Positions 39,031 to 52,429 of a stretch of DNA of 64,000 bases are shown here, one piece after another. Below the pieces are notes generated by a model. It worked only from the letters and a program-made list of their open reading frames with translations, was not told the DNA's origin and did not search any database. A program made the translations under genes and the position numbers. The stretch is from Raillietiella orientalis (Eukaryota), in the NCBI GenBank assembly GCA_036172245.1, contig JAYWIR010000017.1, forward strand, positions 2,480,001 through 2,544,000, given 5' to 3'. Numbering within the stretch: position 1 is the stretch's first letter; each line of letters begins with the position of its first letter.

Positions 39031-40243
39031 GTCACGCAGGAGGCACAAAGTCCTCGGAACCCAGTCCATCCTCGATCGTCAGGAAGAAAATGTAGTGACT
39101 TGTGCTACGCAACCCTTGTCGCCGGCCGTTTCCTTTCTGAGAACGAAGGAGGTTGTTTTATGCAGGGCTCACCATCCCTGCAGCCATCACTCGAATCCCT
39201 TCCTCTCAACATTCTCCTGAATGCTTGCTGCAAACCACAGCATGCATCCTCCATCTTTTTTCCTTTATCCACATTCCTATTCCTGGTCTATTACTCTCCC
39301 TAGTCCATCTTTCCGAATAATCTTTGAGGTTGGTGCAATCCTAAACATTCAGCCGCCTCGAATATTCCCAACTCCTTTCCCATCCAAGCATGATAGAATC
39401 CACAAGCAGCCGTCCTACTTCAAGCGTTCATTCAGATTCCGTGTGGTCCTCACATCTTCACGCCCAAGCTGCAGGAAGCAGTCTGGTCTCAGAGCTAAAA
39501 GCACCGAACGGTGTGGACGACGCCAATTGCTTTCGGCATCGACCAGTATCCCGCAACGCGGAAGGGAAGGAAAAGCATTCCAGAGAAGGAAACAACCACC
39601 GCTCTTGCAGCAACAGGAATACCTTCACACATATCTGTTGTTCCAGCAGACGTCAACACAGTGAACTCATTCCCGGCTATCTTCAGCTGCTCTGAAGAGT
39701 AGAAAAGGAAGCAGTGGGAAAGCAAAAGGAAGAGGGAGAATGGTAGCTCCAGCACAGGAAACTCACTCCAATCATTTCTTCTGGAATTTTCCATTCCAGA
39801 GAAGATGCGAAACCTCAATCCACTTCTGTTACATAATAGCGGATCCATAGCGGTATTAAGCCCGTGGAAGCGAGAGAATCAAAAGTTCTCACGAAAATGT
39901 AGGCAAGGAACCTCACTCTTTGGCTGAAGGAGACCCAACCAACCGAGAACGGCGAAGAGTTTCAAACTGCTAAAGTCGGAAACTGCCTTGGAACCTTCTG
40001 CCGCACACTTTATGGGATTCAAATAACTCTCTATTTGGCAGCATCTCCCTAGTTCTCTTCTGATTATTCAAGCTTCCTTGCATGCACCCACATCGTGACA
40101 GCCCCAGCATTGCAAATTTGTTTCACTCAAGAGATCCGTTTCCGATTGTGGTTCTGATTTGTAGCTGGTGGAGAAATCTCCTCGAAGAGACTGCGTATCC
40201 AGAAATTCATTCGCTCCAGAAAATAGGTCTCAAAAAGCATCAT

Positions 40244-40261
40244 CAAGCATCATGATGCTTG
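40244..40261. repeat. Perfect 18-bp palindrome with adjacent partial duplications
   Basis: CAAGCATCATGATGCTTG; GCATCATGATG is repeated at 40261-40271. Confidence 0.9.
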
Positions 40262-41949
40262 CATCATGATGAAACGAAGCTTCTTACGGTCCCTGCAGAT
40301 GGATTTCCTCCTCAAGGTTGAAACTTTCGTCCCTGTTTGATGGACAATCTGAAATTCAAAAACACCGTGGTGGTGATACTGAAGGAAGAAACACATCCAG
40401 GAACACAGGTTCCAGCACAACGAATTTTCTCTTGAAAAAACAGGATTTCTTCTTGAGTGAAAGAGCTCTTCCAAATTCTATTCTGGAAGTCTGTTTTAGA
40501 TCCTGATGCCCATCAAAATCTCGAACGATCATAAAAAATAAACGTATATCCTTATTTTACATAGATTAATATACAAATTTATCTCAATACGCATGGTTAT
40601 TCATATTTATTTACATACATATTATTAGCAGTAATATTATTGCAACAGATATACTTATTAAGATTCAGTGATATGTTTTATTCATATAATTGATAAGTTG
40701 CTGACTGCATTGTTGGAATGTGTAATTGATGTTATAAAAAATAAATATATGTGTCTATTATACATCAAAATACATTTGTATATATGGAACAAGCATATAT
40801 ATTTATTTTTTATTGATCGTTCGGGACTGTAAACCCGATTTTAGACCCGTTTTTGATTTCTTACCCATTTCCCATTCCTGTTGGATGGAAACCTCAAATC
40901 TGAGCCAAATGGGTGAGTATGGTGGTAGCTGCTGTTGGAACAGCAACCAAGCCTTCATGGCATTATCGCTTGCCACTCTTGGCGTCCTTAAAGCGACTCA
41001 TGCTCCTGGGTTGACACAGCCAGCGGGCAGAAACAAGGCGTTAGCCACTTTTAATTCAATATGGGTGCAGTCAGAAAACGAATAAATGGGTTTTCGAGAA
41101 AGACTTTTGGAGGATTGCTGAGAATCACTACTGGATGCAGGGCATTCGATTGCCGAGTAAATGAAATTCATAGCGGTCTTGAGATTTAGTCAAATGATCA
41201 CTGAGAAGCTCTTTTTTACTTTTCTCCCTGAATCCCAATACTTTTTTTTGAGGGGGAGGGAGGGGGGAGTATTTCAGGAAAACTGGAAGCGCCGAAAAAT
41301 TGAAACACGGATTTTTTTATGGTCACTTTGGGTTTTATTCCATCTATGCCTTGGATGATGATGATGCTCATTCTTGTTTCTTTGTTTCATTTCGGTACTC
41401 ACTTTATTCTCCCCCTGGGGTCACACCCGCTTGAGCAAAAATCTTGAACTGTTTTCGAGCTTTTCGAAGCAAGCATTTGATCCACACCATCAGCAGTCTT
41501 CACTTATCAGTGGAGACTTTAATCTCACCAGTTCTTGAACCCTGTGAGGGGTGTTCTGCTCAGAGTATTCAGCCATTCACTGGCTAATAGTATTTTGCCT
41601 AGTAATAGCTATTCAAATAAAAAATTCGAAATGAGATTCAAGGGAAAGAGTTAGGAATTCTATTAAAACATCCGAAAGAAAGCAATCATTACAATCTTTC
41701 CGTACAGCAGTCATCAAATTATTCCAACTCTGAATGAAATTATGAAGTCGTGAAATTGGCATTTTATGCGGAGGATTCTCTAATAGAAGAGTCAGATCCA
41801 CTGTAACTGAGGAGATGGGCGAAATGAGTCGGTGAAGCAAACGGGAGTTCACGGTGAAGATCAAAGACAAAAGCGCGATTGATTAATTTGATTAATTTGC
41901 GATCAGCAGCCTTTGAACAACCTAACGGGTGGCTGCGTGGCACTTTGCT

Positions 41950-42120
41950 CAAAGCTTAGGCAGGGAAGAGTGCAACGTTCTCGCCGCTTCTCTACACTGC
42001 ATTAATCGAGTAGAATCCTTGGATTTGATTATGGAGTGGTCTGCAGCGCTAAAGCTGCAACACCGGCGAACCAAGAACTTCTTGAGGAACACTCTTCAGC
42101 ATGATCTATTCAGCGCTCTC
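41950..42120 (+). mobile_element. Short RT core fragment
   Basis: LRQG..(frameshift)..SPLLYTALIE at ~41956-42010. Confidence 0.35.
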
Positions 42121-42671
42121 TGACAATGTTTTCTGACAACTAATTCGAAAATAAAACTCCAGGAACGATCAACATCCGGTCTATCTATCTACGAGCTCCT
42201 ATTCACCAAAGTCAGGTTGAATAGCATGAGCGACGTGCAGTCAAATGGACTTCTCTTCTGTGTCCTCATTCTTATGCATCCTTTGACAAACGATTCGCAA
42301 GAATTGATGGCTGTGGGAACGTTGTAGATTGGAAAATATGCACGACCGCGCTTGCAATTTTGGGTGTGTAATCATTGGAACCGCCATCATTGGAACGAAA
42401 GCTGGAAGCCATGCTTGTTCTCGGCAGATGTTTATTTGTGGCTCCTAGAGAATCATCAATATTGTTAAAATAGGAGCATTGGTGTTTGCCTGTGCCTTCT
42501 CCATGGAAAGACAGATCGAGTCTCACGATTTGCCAAACAGTTTCATAGTTCTCCTTGACGCAAATTTTATTAACATCAAACAATTAGCCGCAGCATATGA
42601 TGCGGAACCTACGCGCTTCGGAATTCGATCTTCGAACTAAAAGCACAACTAGGTGGGAAAACAGGCATCAT

Positions 42672-42714
42672 CGCAAAGTGTTCTGAGGGAACACTTTGCG
42701 TTCCCTCAGAACAC
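42672..42714. repeat. Two overlapping perfect inverted repeats (11 bp and 15 bp arms)
   Basis: CGCAAAGTGTT/AACACTTTGCG (42672-42700) and GTGTTCTGAGGGAAC/GTTCCCTCAGAACAC (42678-42714). Confidence 0.95.
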
Positions 42715-42949
42715 CCGAAGACAAAGATTTGAGTTCATTTCCATCTGGGCAGCCGCTTAAACAAGCCGTGATCTTCCCTGAACAAACTCATCACTCAAGT
42801 TAAAAAGTTTAAGCAAGTCACTCTGCATGAAAACATGAGCGACTTCCGCGTCAGCACGCGTGCTGCTGCTTGCAGCAAAGAACTGACACAGTTTGGTGCA
42901 CTGTTAACCAAAGTTCACCATCGAACTAAATGCCAGTCGATTCAAATTC

Positions 42950-44060
42950 CAGTTGCTTCCCAGTTTTGCACGAAGACAGGATTTGGTTTCGGACTCAAGG
43001 TCCATTGAAGAACGCCGTCTGTGTCGACCTGCGAGGACCAACAACCGCCTCAAAGACTTGGAGGCTCCGCGTCGGGATGCCGGCTTAGGCATCCGAACAC
43101 TGAAGAGAATCAGACTGCAGGGGCAGTTCCGAATGCTGGCAACTCGAGCCAAGTTGTCGACTTCCCCGTTTGGTGCGCCAGAGAGCCTCATCCTTCGGCG
43201 ATGCGTCGGCAGCTAAGGATTGCTTTCGTTGCTGCCGGGCACCAATTACAGGATGCAGAGATTTGGCTCCCTCTGAGGCAACTCGTCTCCCTACTGGAAG
43301 CCTAACTGTGGATCTCCTACCGCCCAACGAACTTTAATGGCTGGCGGGAGGAAGCTGTTGAGTCCTGGGCTGCCATCCGTGGAATATGCCCAGAGGAATT
43401 TCGCCCATGAGCCACTTGCTATCCCGATCATTAGATATGGTGGCTCAGGACATGCAAAGTGGTCGACTCTGACTGCCACGCTCCTTGCCGAAGCTCTGTC
43501 TGCCCTCAGGATCAAGCGACAACAGCTGTCAACCGGAGAGGTGGGAGTTTTCTTGCACCATCGCAGGAAGGACAAAGCTCTTGGACGGCTGGAGGACACG
43601 AGAGTTGGCGGATGCGGCCACTCCGCGTGCTCTGAAGACGGGATCTCTTTGGTGGAGCCAAATTATGAGCGTTGCCTTTGTGGAACTTGTGGTCCGTTCC
43701 CAATTCCTGGGCGCTTCTGCGTTCCCGCTCCCCTAGGAACAGGCTGCACTGCTCTTCGTGAACTGGGGAATCCTGTGCAACGAGCGCCCCGTGACGTGTT
43801 CCCGGAGGGGGTGCATCCCCGCACTGTTGCTCCAAGTGCAGGTCGGTGGAGTCGATCCGCATCTGCTTTTCGGCTGCAGCGCCCTCCAAGAACTGCGGCG
43901 GAGGCTGGAGTCCGCGCTCCTGCACCAGGAAGACGTCGCCAGTGACGTGTTGAGGAGGTTCTTCGAGCAGGGAGGACTTCCGGCAGGCACCCTGATCGCA
44001 ACGAGGGGTTGTATCTGTGCCATCGTCACGGTCCGCCCACGTCAGGGGGTTTGTGGTTAA
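42950..44060 (+). mobile_element. L1/Tx1-like ORF2 C-terminal relic with zf-RVT CCHC motif
   Basis: LEAPRRDAGLGIRTL (cf. LxxPxxxGGLG), ELNWGILCNE, and CSKCRSVESI/HLLFGC at 43828-43877 across one frameshift. Confidence 0.65.
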
Positions 44061-45634
44061 GGCTTCCGCGTGTGGTACCATGAGTCACCGGTTCGGATAC
44101 TCCGGCAGAAACTGACGCCACGGCGTTGTTGGGTTCCGAGTTTCTCCGGCAATGGCGCTGGTTAGCCTAATCATTCGGGCGTGGCACCGGTAGCGATTAA
44201 AATCGGAGGCCTCCGATGAAGGCCGGAACAATGGGAGTCGACCTTCGGGTCCTTCCAGGAAAAAAGGAGTGGGGAGTTCCCCCTCCTGTCGTGCAACGGA
44301 GAGCAGACCCTCCTCACCGGGGGGACTCATCCGGTTTCAAGATGGAGCAGGAGCCCTCACAGACACCTCTCCAGTTGTCTCTCTAGGAGCGGATCCCTCT
44401 CTGTTGCGGAGGGACCCTCCGAAGCGCCGCCTCTCCAGAAGATTGCAAGGAAGCAAGAGAGAGCTATCCCCCTGCGGGAAGCTGCAGCGCCCCTTCTGAG
44501 TTTCGGAAGCGTCCCTTCGGAGTTCTCTTGAACAGGAGTGAACAGGAGCTGTTCCCTTGCGGGTTCCCTCCGGAGAAGAAATTCCTACTAGCGGATCCTT
44601 TCCAGGTTCCCTTCGGAGAAGATGAAATGGAGAGGACCACCCCCTTCTGGGGAGTCCCTCTGAAGAGAATGAGGAAGGAGATTCCCTTCAGGGTTCCAAT
44701 TCGGAGACAACCAGGGTAGGAGGTGAGATCTCTCCTCCCCAAACTTGGGAGGACGGACTCCGAGCCTTCCTGGATTCATAGGTCGGACCCCCTTCCGGGG
44801 AGCTCCCTATCTTGAAGAATTACACGAACCCTCCGCGGGTGACGTGGAGCAGTGTTCAAGAGCCAAGTGCGCCGCGAGGCATGCGACCGGCTCTTGAGGT
44901 ACTTAGCGAAGCAAAAAAAAAGAAAACCTGAAAAACCTGGAAAAAAATTCTGGAGGGGAAAAAACAGCGAAGACAGAAAACAACCACGCAGCGAAGGGAG
45001 GTCACCGGGATGGCAGCCGCCTACATGAGGACTGCTGCAATCTGGCCTCACCTAGAGGAGGAAGTGAGGGCATCCAGCGCCTGTTCTGAAGGGAGGGAAA
45101 GGCCAATACACCGGTTACCCTTATCCTCGCTCTCCCTTTGTTTATTTTTATTGTCGACTTGCTTCTGCTCCGGACTTTTTCCGTCTTTTCATATATTCAT
45201 CCGGTGTAGATGGAACGACACCAAAAATCCTTGCTCCATCCCTCTCGTACTTTTATTTTTATTTTTTGCTGTTGTTATCCTCTCCTTCCCGTTCCAGACT
45301 TTCGGATATCCCGGCCTGCGTGTCGGTGAACCCTCTCCCTGAACTTTTTTTGTCTTCGATTGGGAACTACGTGCTTCCGACTGATTTCCTTTTATGGAGC
45401 AAGCGCCCTGGCGTGAACGGGTGAAAAACTTCACAAGAGGAAGCGGTCAACCAGGAGTGGTGACCGACTGAACTTGAGCTTCAGGGACGGGGAAATCAAG
45501 CTTTTCGTCTTTGTTTTCGGAAAGATCGGATCTCCATTTAGCACCAGAGGTTATCTAAAAATCCTGTGCCGCCACGGCAACGCGGACAAGAGAGGACAGG
45601 AATGTCATTTCGAGTGCCTTTATGACAAGCTTAA

Positions 45635-45977
45635 CCCTTTGTGTGCGGAGCTGATCAGATTTAAACGTTGTGTGTCGGCGGTACGCGAGTCGCCGTGGCG
45701 ACCTCTGTGGACGGACTGCTTTTTCTCGTACCACGTGCTCCATCGCGGTACCGATGGACTGTATAAAGATAAAAAAAATAGAATAAATTCTATCCGACAC
45801 CAAAAAAAAAACGAAAATATTTAGCCGATATGGACAGAATTTTGTTTCCTGTCGTTGCTAAGGGAATGAATAATAAGTACGTGAGTGTACGCGTCCATTT
45901 CAAACGTGGATAGTGCTAACTGTTGTCGCATGTACAAGGCCAACAGACGCATATCTGTGTCCATAAAGCTCAAAGAG
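45635..45977 (-). mobile_element. piggyBac-like MITE, copy 2 (shorter internally)
   Basis: TTAA|CCCTTTGTGTGC at 45631 and CTCAAAGAG|TTAT at ~45977; reverse-complement homolog of 17161-17630. Confidence 0.75.
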
Positions 45978-47149
45978 TTATTCATTTGACTCCGGAGATC
46001 CATCCTCAAGATGTACAGGAGTCCGCACTGCTTCTGAAAAACTCCAATGAACGAATGTACGTTTCACACGCGGCCAAATTGTTCAGGTCGTTGCGTGGAT
46101 CCGGGCGAAGTTTCAACTACGGAGGCCCTGCTTCGGAGGCCTTTCCCATCTCCACGGTCACTCTACCTACGTGGGATGTCTCGTAGCTGTTCTTGAATCC
46201 TCAAGTGATATTCAGGAAGGTCCGAAATCAATCCTTTTTGTGAGTCATGAGTGGTCGATTAGTGTGTAGTAGGCACCAAGGGGTGACGTCATCTTTAGCA
46301 GCCTTAGCGCCATCAAAAGAGCTCGAAATCCCAAATCCATTTGCTGAGACGAAGGTTTAGTAGAGAGAAAGCAACTTGCTCACAGCTGCTTCAAGAAACG
46401 CTCACAGAATGGTCTCATTGCTGTCTGGGAGCGACCACCTGGTCGAACGCGCGGAGTGGTTCTCTGCTTGCAGCTACTGAAGCAGTTTCAGTTTGATCTC
46501 GCCATCCTCGTCAACTATCGATTCCCTCTAAACTCTGAACTCTTCCTTGACCAATGGCTCTTTTCGAGAGATGTCACACGCACATTCTATTGGGTGCATC
46601 TTGATCATAGGGGCGCAACTGTATCGAGGAAAGAAGTCGTATGAGGGCAAAGCGACCCTTAAGAAAATTCCGAGACGGAGGCCAAGTTAATGGCTGTCAG
46701 TTCCATCTTTCAAGAACTTTTGGGTTGGGTTCTAGGAGCTTTGCCATGCTCTTAAGCATTTCCCACGGGGTCTCCTCGTGAAGCTCCTTTGGAAATGTGA
46801 AGCTTGGCATAAGACCATTTATTAAACTTATCTTTTTGTGAAAGATGTGACAAAAGACACATCCTTCCTCCCCCGGAGAGATCAGTTCATAAAGTGTTTC
46901 CTGATTTCTCTTCTTGACAAGAGGATCTTGAAACAGCTGTTTCGTCCTTGCAGCCTTCCTGCGAATCTTAATCCTTGGTGGCATCTGAGGCTATTGGGAG
47001 TATGACTGCCACATCTCGTTTCCTCTAAGATCTCTTCGCGCTTCTCTCTCCCTTCTACCCCAAACCTGGCATCTGTTGGAGCTTCCTTTCCTCAGCTTCC
47101 CTTCCCTTCCCTTCCTTCCCTTTCCTCAGGTCCTCTGCTTCGTTTTTTA

Positions 47150-48170
47150 TCTCGTCTTAGTGGTCCATACATGCTGTGTGCCGAGATACGCACGAGCTAC
47201 TCGCTCTCGTAAGGCGTTCATCGAATGCCACGCTCTCGAATAACTGCTTTCCGCCAGCCAGGATGCAGCTCGGGAGAAGTGGTCCTCCGGACGAAGGTTT
47301 TTGCCGAGATACGATCCGAAGTCCAGCTCTTCACCCAAGTCTTCCTTTGTTTGTTGGAGCTTCCTTCCCTGATCGAATCTTCGGCGAAGATTTGCATTTT
47401 CACCTGATCACGCCGGGAGGTTTATTGTAAAAGATACACCTTTTATCAATGGATCTTCCAGTCTTTCTGTGCAATACCACTACTTCTGTGTGTTCCGGCG
47501 GAGTACTCTGCTCTCAAGCGGTCACCCGGAAGTGGTTCGCGCAGATAAATCAGGAAGAAGGGGAGTAAACAAAAAAAAAAAACATCAAACAAAAAAATAC
47601 TAAAATTCAAAGCGAAGATTTGTTGAGCCTGGAGTTGCCGAGGATTCAGGATTGTCCTCTCCTGAATTAAACGTTCTATTGGGGGCGAATGGTGTCTGGA
47701 AGGACTTCTCTTACAGCGTTGCTTTCCACGCGTTCATTTGGTCGTCTTGGAAGAACCTCGGCTTTCTTCCGCAAGTATCCGTAATGACGGGCGGCTCCGG
47801 GGATGTCTTCCCAGCTCATACTTTGAGCGGCGGAAGCGCCGCCATGGGAACTCTGATTTTCGGAAGCGAGTGTTTGCGAGTCCCCGATTTCGGAGGGTGA
47901 GACCAGCCTAGATCTTTCGCGAGGTTTTCGAGCTTCACCGGGGCTGCCAAATTGTTCCGGTCGATGACCGGATGTAAGTCGAAGCTCTCCGAATGGATTG
48001 CGATGCTTTTCCCTACTTGCCAGGCTCCAAAGCTTCCGAGTCAGCTGCCGCAGTAGTGACCCCTTAGCATGTTTGCTGGGAAAGCAGGCAGCAGGTGAGT
48101 GAAGCTGGCCACATGCAGCAAGTGCACGCGACTTTCGTGTCGAAGTTCCAAGTAAGTGCGGTTGCATCTC
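47150..48170 (-). mobile_element. Degenerate non-LTR RT relic
   Basis: GSLLRQLTRKLW, PEQFGSPG (cf. PEQxGFxxG), SWEDIPGAARHYGY and SYLGKNL, in RT order. Confidence 0.45.
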
Positions 48171-48429
48171 AAGCCGAAGGAAGCTATGCAGGTTCGATTT
48201 ATGAAGGCAGTCGAAGGAGGGAGGGGGAAGGAGGAACTCTCTCGAAAAAGGGCCAAAACCGCATGGGGGCGCGTGCAGGGAGGAAGTCGGAACGCTTTTG
48301 GTTTACCCTGAATAAGGATGTTGCAAGGAAACGTCTCTTCTTCTCCTTCTTGGAAACATTAATCCTTTATTCGACCGAGAAAGAAAGTACCTGCACCTTC
48401 ATCCTCTTCAGAACTTTCTTCGTTCTTCT

Positions 48430-49510
48430 AAATTAGAAGGGACTTCCTGTCTTCCAGTACACCTTGCGAACCTCTTGTTCGGTCGGAATTCGATATCTAC
48501 GGGTGAGGACACCAAATTCCTGGCAATCGTGACCAACGCCGCAAAAGAAATGAGCAGCTGAGACTTTGAATCCGCCCTCGAGCTCGTCAGTTTCCTGTTT
48601 AGGAGGTGAGCGCATCTGGCATCGCTCTCACCCGACCGGGAGACACGTAAGGGTCAGGACTTTTGCTTATTGACTCCCAGAGTCCCCATAGGCAAGCTTG
48701 GCAGTCCTGGACAGCCGATGCTCCTTCGTTGCATGGACTGAGACGAGGAATTTCAGGAATTCGAAACTTCGAGTGCGCTCACAGCGCGATCGGAAAAGCG
48801 CCTGTGGCTCCCACAACTGAGTTCCACTCCCTCCATCCTCTCAGAACCCATGGTTGCAAATCACGTTCACTAGAGAGTAGAAGAAGAGGCCACTTCGGAT
48901 GCAATTCTTATTAAATCGTTTCTGAGAGAAAAACCCATTGCGCATGTTGCCTTAAGGTCGTTTACCATCGATGACCAGCACAGCACACGGCTGAGCGAGT
49001 TCTCAAAGCATCTTTCCAGGGACACATCATTCCACGAATTTTGCGAAATGATGAAAAGGAAGCACGCGATTCCAGATGCTGTTTTTCCAAATGATATCAA
49101 AGGTAGAGAGGATTCTCAGCATTGTGTTATCTTGGACCTGCTGACTGAATCTCTAACAAGCAAATGCTGATCAGGCCGGTAGGGACTACTTTCCGCCTTA
49201 CGGCAGTAGCCGCATATGCTTTTACGTAGACAGCTATGCATGAGATTGCATTTTAAAGATATGAACATTTCAGTTATCGAAGTCTTCGAAGTTCGTTGCT
49301 GAGTATTCTTGGGGGGATGTGACTGATGTTGTCGGTGTGAAATTAAGTCAATCTGTTTGAAAGGTCAGTTTTGTGGTGGCCATCATCCACGTGTTGATGC
49401 CGTTCGTAGATGGTTGTGTCGGAGTCGCCTGTTGGGTCTTCGTAGAATACTAGGTGGTAAAGTTAAGGGTGCGCTGCGAAATCCCATGATTCCGTGAGGG
49501 ACAAATTAAA
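48430..49510 (-). mobile_element. Degenerate CR1-like RT relic
   Basis: MGFRSA, TDLSN, GIACFLFII, SMVNDLK...LRNDLIRI (cf. FADDxK...LQxDLxRI) and SPPKQETDELE (cf. WSPxxxxDxxxLE), in order. Confidence 0.55.
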
Positions 49511-52429
49511 CTGGTGCAGTGTTTCCTTCTGTTTCCCAACATGTGCAGTAACCCGTATCATTACGCCAACTCCATCTTCTTCGGACGGAACAAAGCAGAT
49601 GCTGCTGCGTTTGCTCTGTGTGGTTGTGTGATCTCTTGGCAACTCGCCTTTAGTCCAACCGCCGGGAGTGACGCATCCATGCTGAAAGTCAACGTATGGA
49701 GTTCAAAATGGCAGCTCACGTGAGCATGGAGTAGCTGATCATTCCCTATTTCTGTTTATACAAGCTCACTGCACCTGCATCAGTGGCGATATTGGGTTGG
49801 TTGTCGGAGATGAGTGAGAGTTAACGCAAGTTGATGCGTGCGGCATTCCCAACTCGGGAAAGTACAGATGAAAAGGATGCATTCGCTTCGTGACGGCTTA
49901 AATATAAGCTTTATGATGTAATCAATCGATGTGAACTCCAGGTGTCTTCTGCAAGTGATTTAATAAGCAAGCGTGAAGCTGGCGTTGTTTGCGGGGTGAC
50001 GTAAGAAAGAGAAAACGTCTCCTAGAACTTTTGAAATGCGGAGGCCCACCTCATCGGCGAAGTCATTTTGACCCTCCTCTTGTTCAGTTTGCAGGCATTG
50101 GGATCCTCAAGTGCATAGGAGTGGCGAATCGTGTCTGTCGTAGGTGAAGGTGAACAGCGTCGAAGAAGTCTGTTTCTGATGGGAAGCAGCAGTGGCTCGG
50201 CTCTGTTTTATGGTCAGGAACCATTCGACACGCTGCCGAAGCTTTGTCTGTTGTCTGATTTTCACACAGCGGAAAAATTAAAAGGTTAGGACGCTGTGCC
50301 CATCCGTTGTTTGAGTTCCGTATGCCGAGATGTAGCCGAAGCGATGGAGATCATGCTGTATACAAGGAATGAAACACGAAGAACGTATATCGGATACGTG
50401 TACTCTTGATTGCCGGTCGCAGAGATAAAGTAGAACGATAATGAACTAATCTTCGTACCGATACCCATATAAGGACTTTACTGGTCTGGGCGGGTGACTG
50501 GCTTGGTCGATGTTTTGGTCTGGATGAATGTGAAGCAAACCAACTTTTATAATCTCTTATCTGGAGAGTCAATGAACTTACCAGTGGGACCGACAATTGA
50601 TAGGGGAGTGAAACTAGAGATTTGAGAAGAATATTTGCAATGCCTCGTTTACGTTTTTATGAAGACCCTCCTTCGTACCATGAAAACATATTCCATACTT
50701 CTCTTCGTATGTCTTAAGATTAAATAACCATCATTGCACCTAAGATTAACATTTATTTGGCGTAACGTTATCCCTGAATCTCCGAACTGTTCCTCATGAA
50801 TCAGAAGTAGCCGAAAGCCTTGATTTGGCCGATGGAAACAGTCCCTTTCTTGGAAACAGATCTCTTTCTTGTGTTGGGTTATTTTATTGTGCTTCCAACG
50901 GGCGCCAGCTTATGTACCACTTACGTAACTACGAAGCACAAAAGACTGTCTTGCTGATAGCAAATACCAATGCATGATTAGGAATTGTAAAATTTCGTTT
51001 ACAAGAGGGTATGAAAAAAGTCTACTTGGATGCAAGTAGTCTTCTTGCTTTTGAAGTCGTTTCTGAGAATGCACATTGCATTAAGGTCATTCATCATGGA
51101 GGACTACCACAGCAGAATGCCCACTACTGGGCGAGTTCGCAAAGCATCTTTCCATCTTCTCCACGAATTTTGGGAAAATCAAGAAGCATGAGATGTCAGA
51201 TGCTGTTTATCCTCATGTTATGGAATCACCGAAAAATGCTGGTGAGACCGGTAGAGACGAATTTCCACTTCCCAGCAGTCTGCTCACATGGTCACCTCAG
51301 TGAGATATGCGTGAAACCTTGACATGCTGAAACACGGTTCAAAAGAATAGTCAGTTATAGGAAAAGGCTTCTAGTCTCTTTTTATAACTGACCATTGAAT
51401 GGGATTGCGGATGCTTTTCCACCTTTGCATCCGGAAAACTCTAGCCTTCTTCAATCCAACTTCCATCAAATCTGTTGCAGAGGTTTTTTTTTCCTTCTAA
51501 GACACGTAACACTAAGCATCCACTTTCTAATCGCGTTCTGTCTGCTTTATCTTCCATGTTCGCTCTCACATGGAGTGCTTTTCACGAACCAATCTCAAAA
51601 GCTTCAGATGCAGCAAACTTCTAACGAGATTATATGAGGGTGATGCTTGCGTTGGGTCTGAGTTGCATGTCGACATTCCACGTATATCTGATGGCATAAA
51701 AGCGACCATGTGAGGCGACTGCTGCGAGGTGCTGTTGAGTTCTGGATGTTGGTTAGTCAGTCTGTGTCTAATGGATCGAAGCCGCTGTCCATAGTCAAGA
51801 CTCGAGATCCACATCTGCGGAGGAATCATATCATCATATTTGAAGGGAAAGGCGTACCGTTTTCTCGCTCTGTACCTCCATGCGTCAAAGTTCTGAGATC
51901 GTGACGAAGAGCATGGTGCTCATGAATGAGGATGCAATCCATTAGTATCACTTCTTCCTCACGGAAGTTCAAAACGTTTAGGGTTAAGTTCATCGCTTAA
52001 TGAGCATTCGTTCAAGAAGTGGAATGGAGGGCTGTTTCGAGTCTTCGGCTTTGAAAAGTACGTTTTGTTGATCCTTGTAACTTTGGCACTAGGAAGACAA
52101 AAGAGTGTGGACTTCATTGCCAAAGGCTATCCCGTTACAATTCAGAGAAACTCCTGTGGATGGCTTCCATATATTGGAGAAGCCTTAGTGGCGGACGAAG
52201 GCATCGGTTGCAGAGCTGCCGATGGGCTGCAAAATCTTTGCTCGAGCTGTTGGAACAATTCAGGGGAAAGTTAGGCTAGGCTAGGCCAGATTGTAGAAAG
52301 TGGATTCTAGAAAGCAGGACGTGGAAGCAGAGGCAGGTCTGTATCGAAACAATCTCGGGCTTGCTTTGAAAGCATGTTGAAAAAAGAAATGATCTTTCAA
52401 GTTAAATGCTACCCGGAAGGAAACCGCCA

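Noticed and set aside
39390..39700. Penelope-like RT relic (GVDDANCF, IPEKE)
   Set aside because: Motif matches too weak to call without an HMM search.
40530..40815. Very AT-rich island as a regulatory element or origin
   Set aside because: No repeats or motifs that support a specific function.
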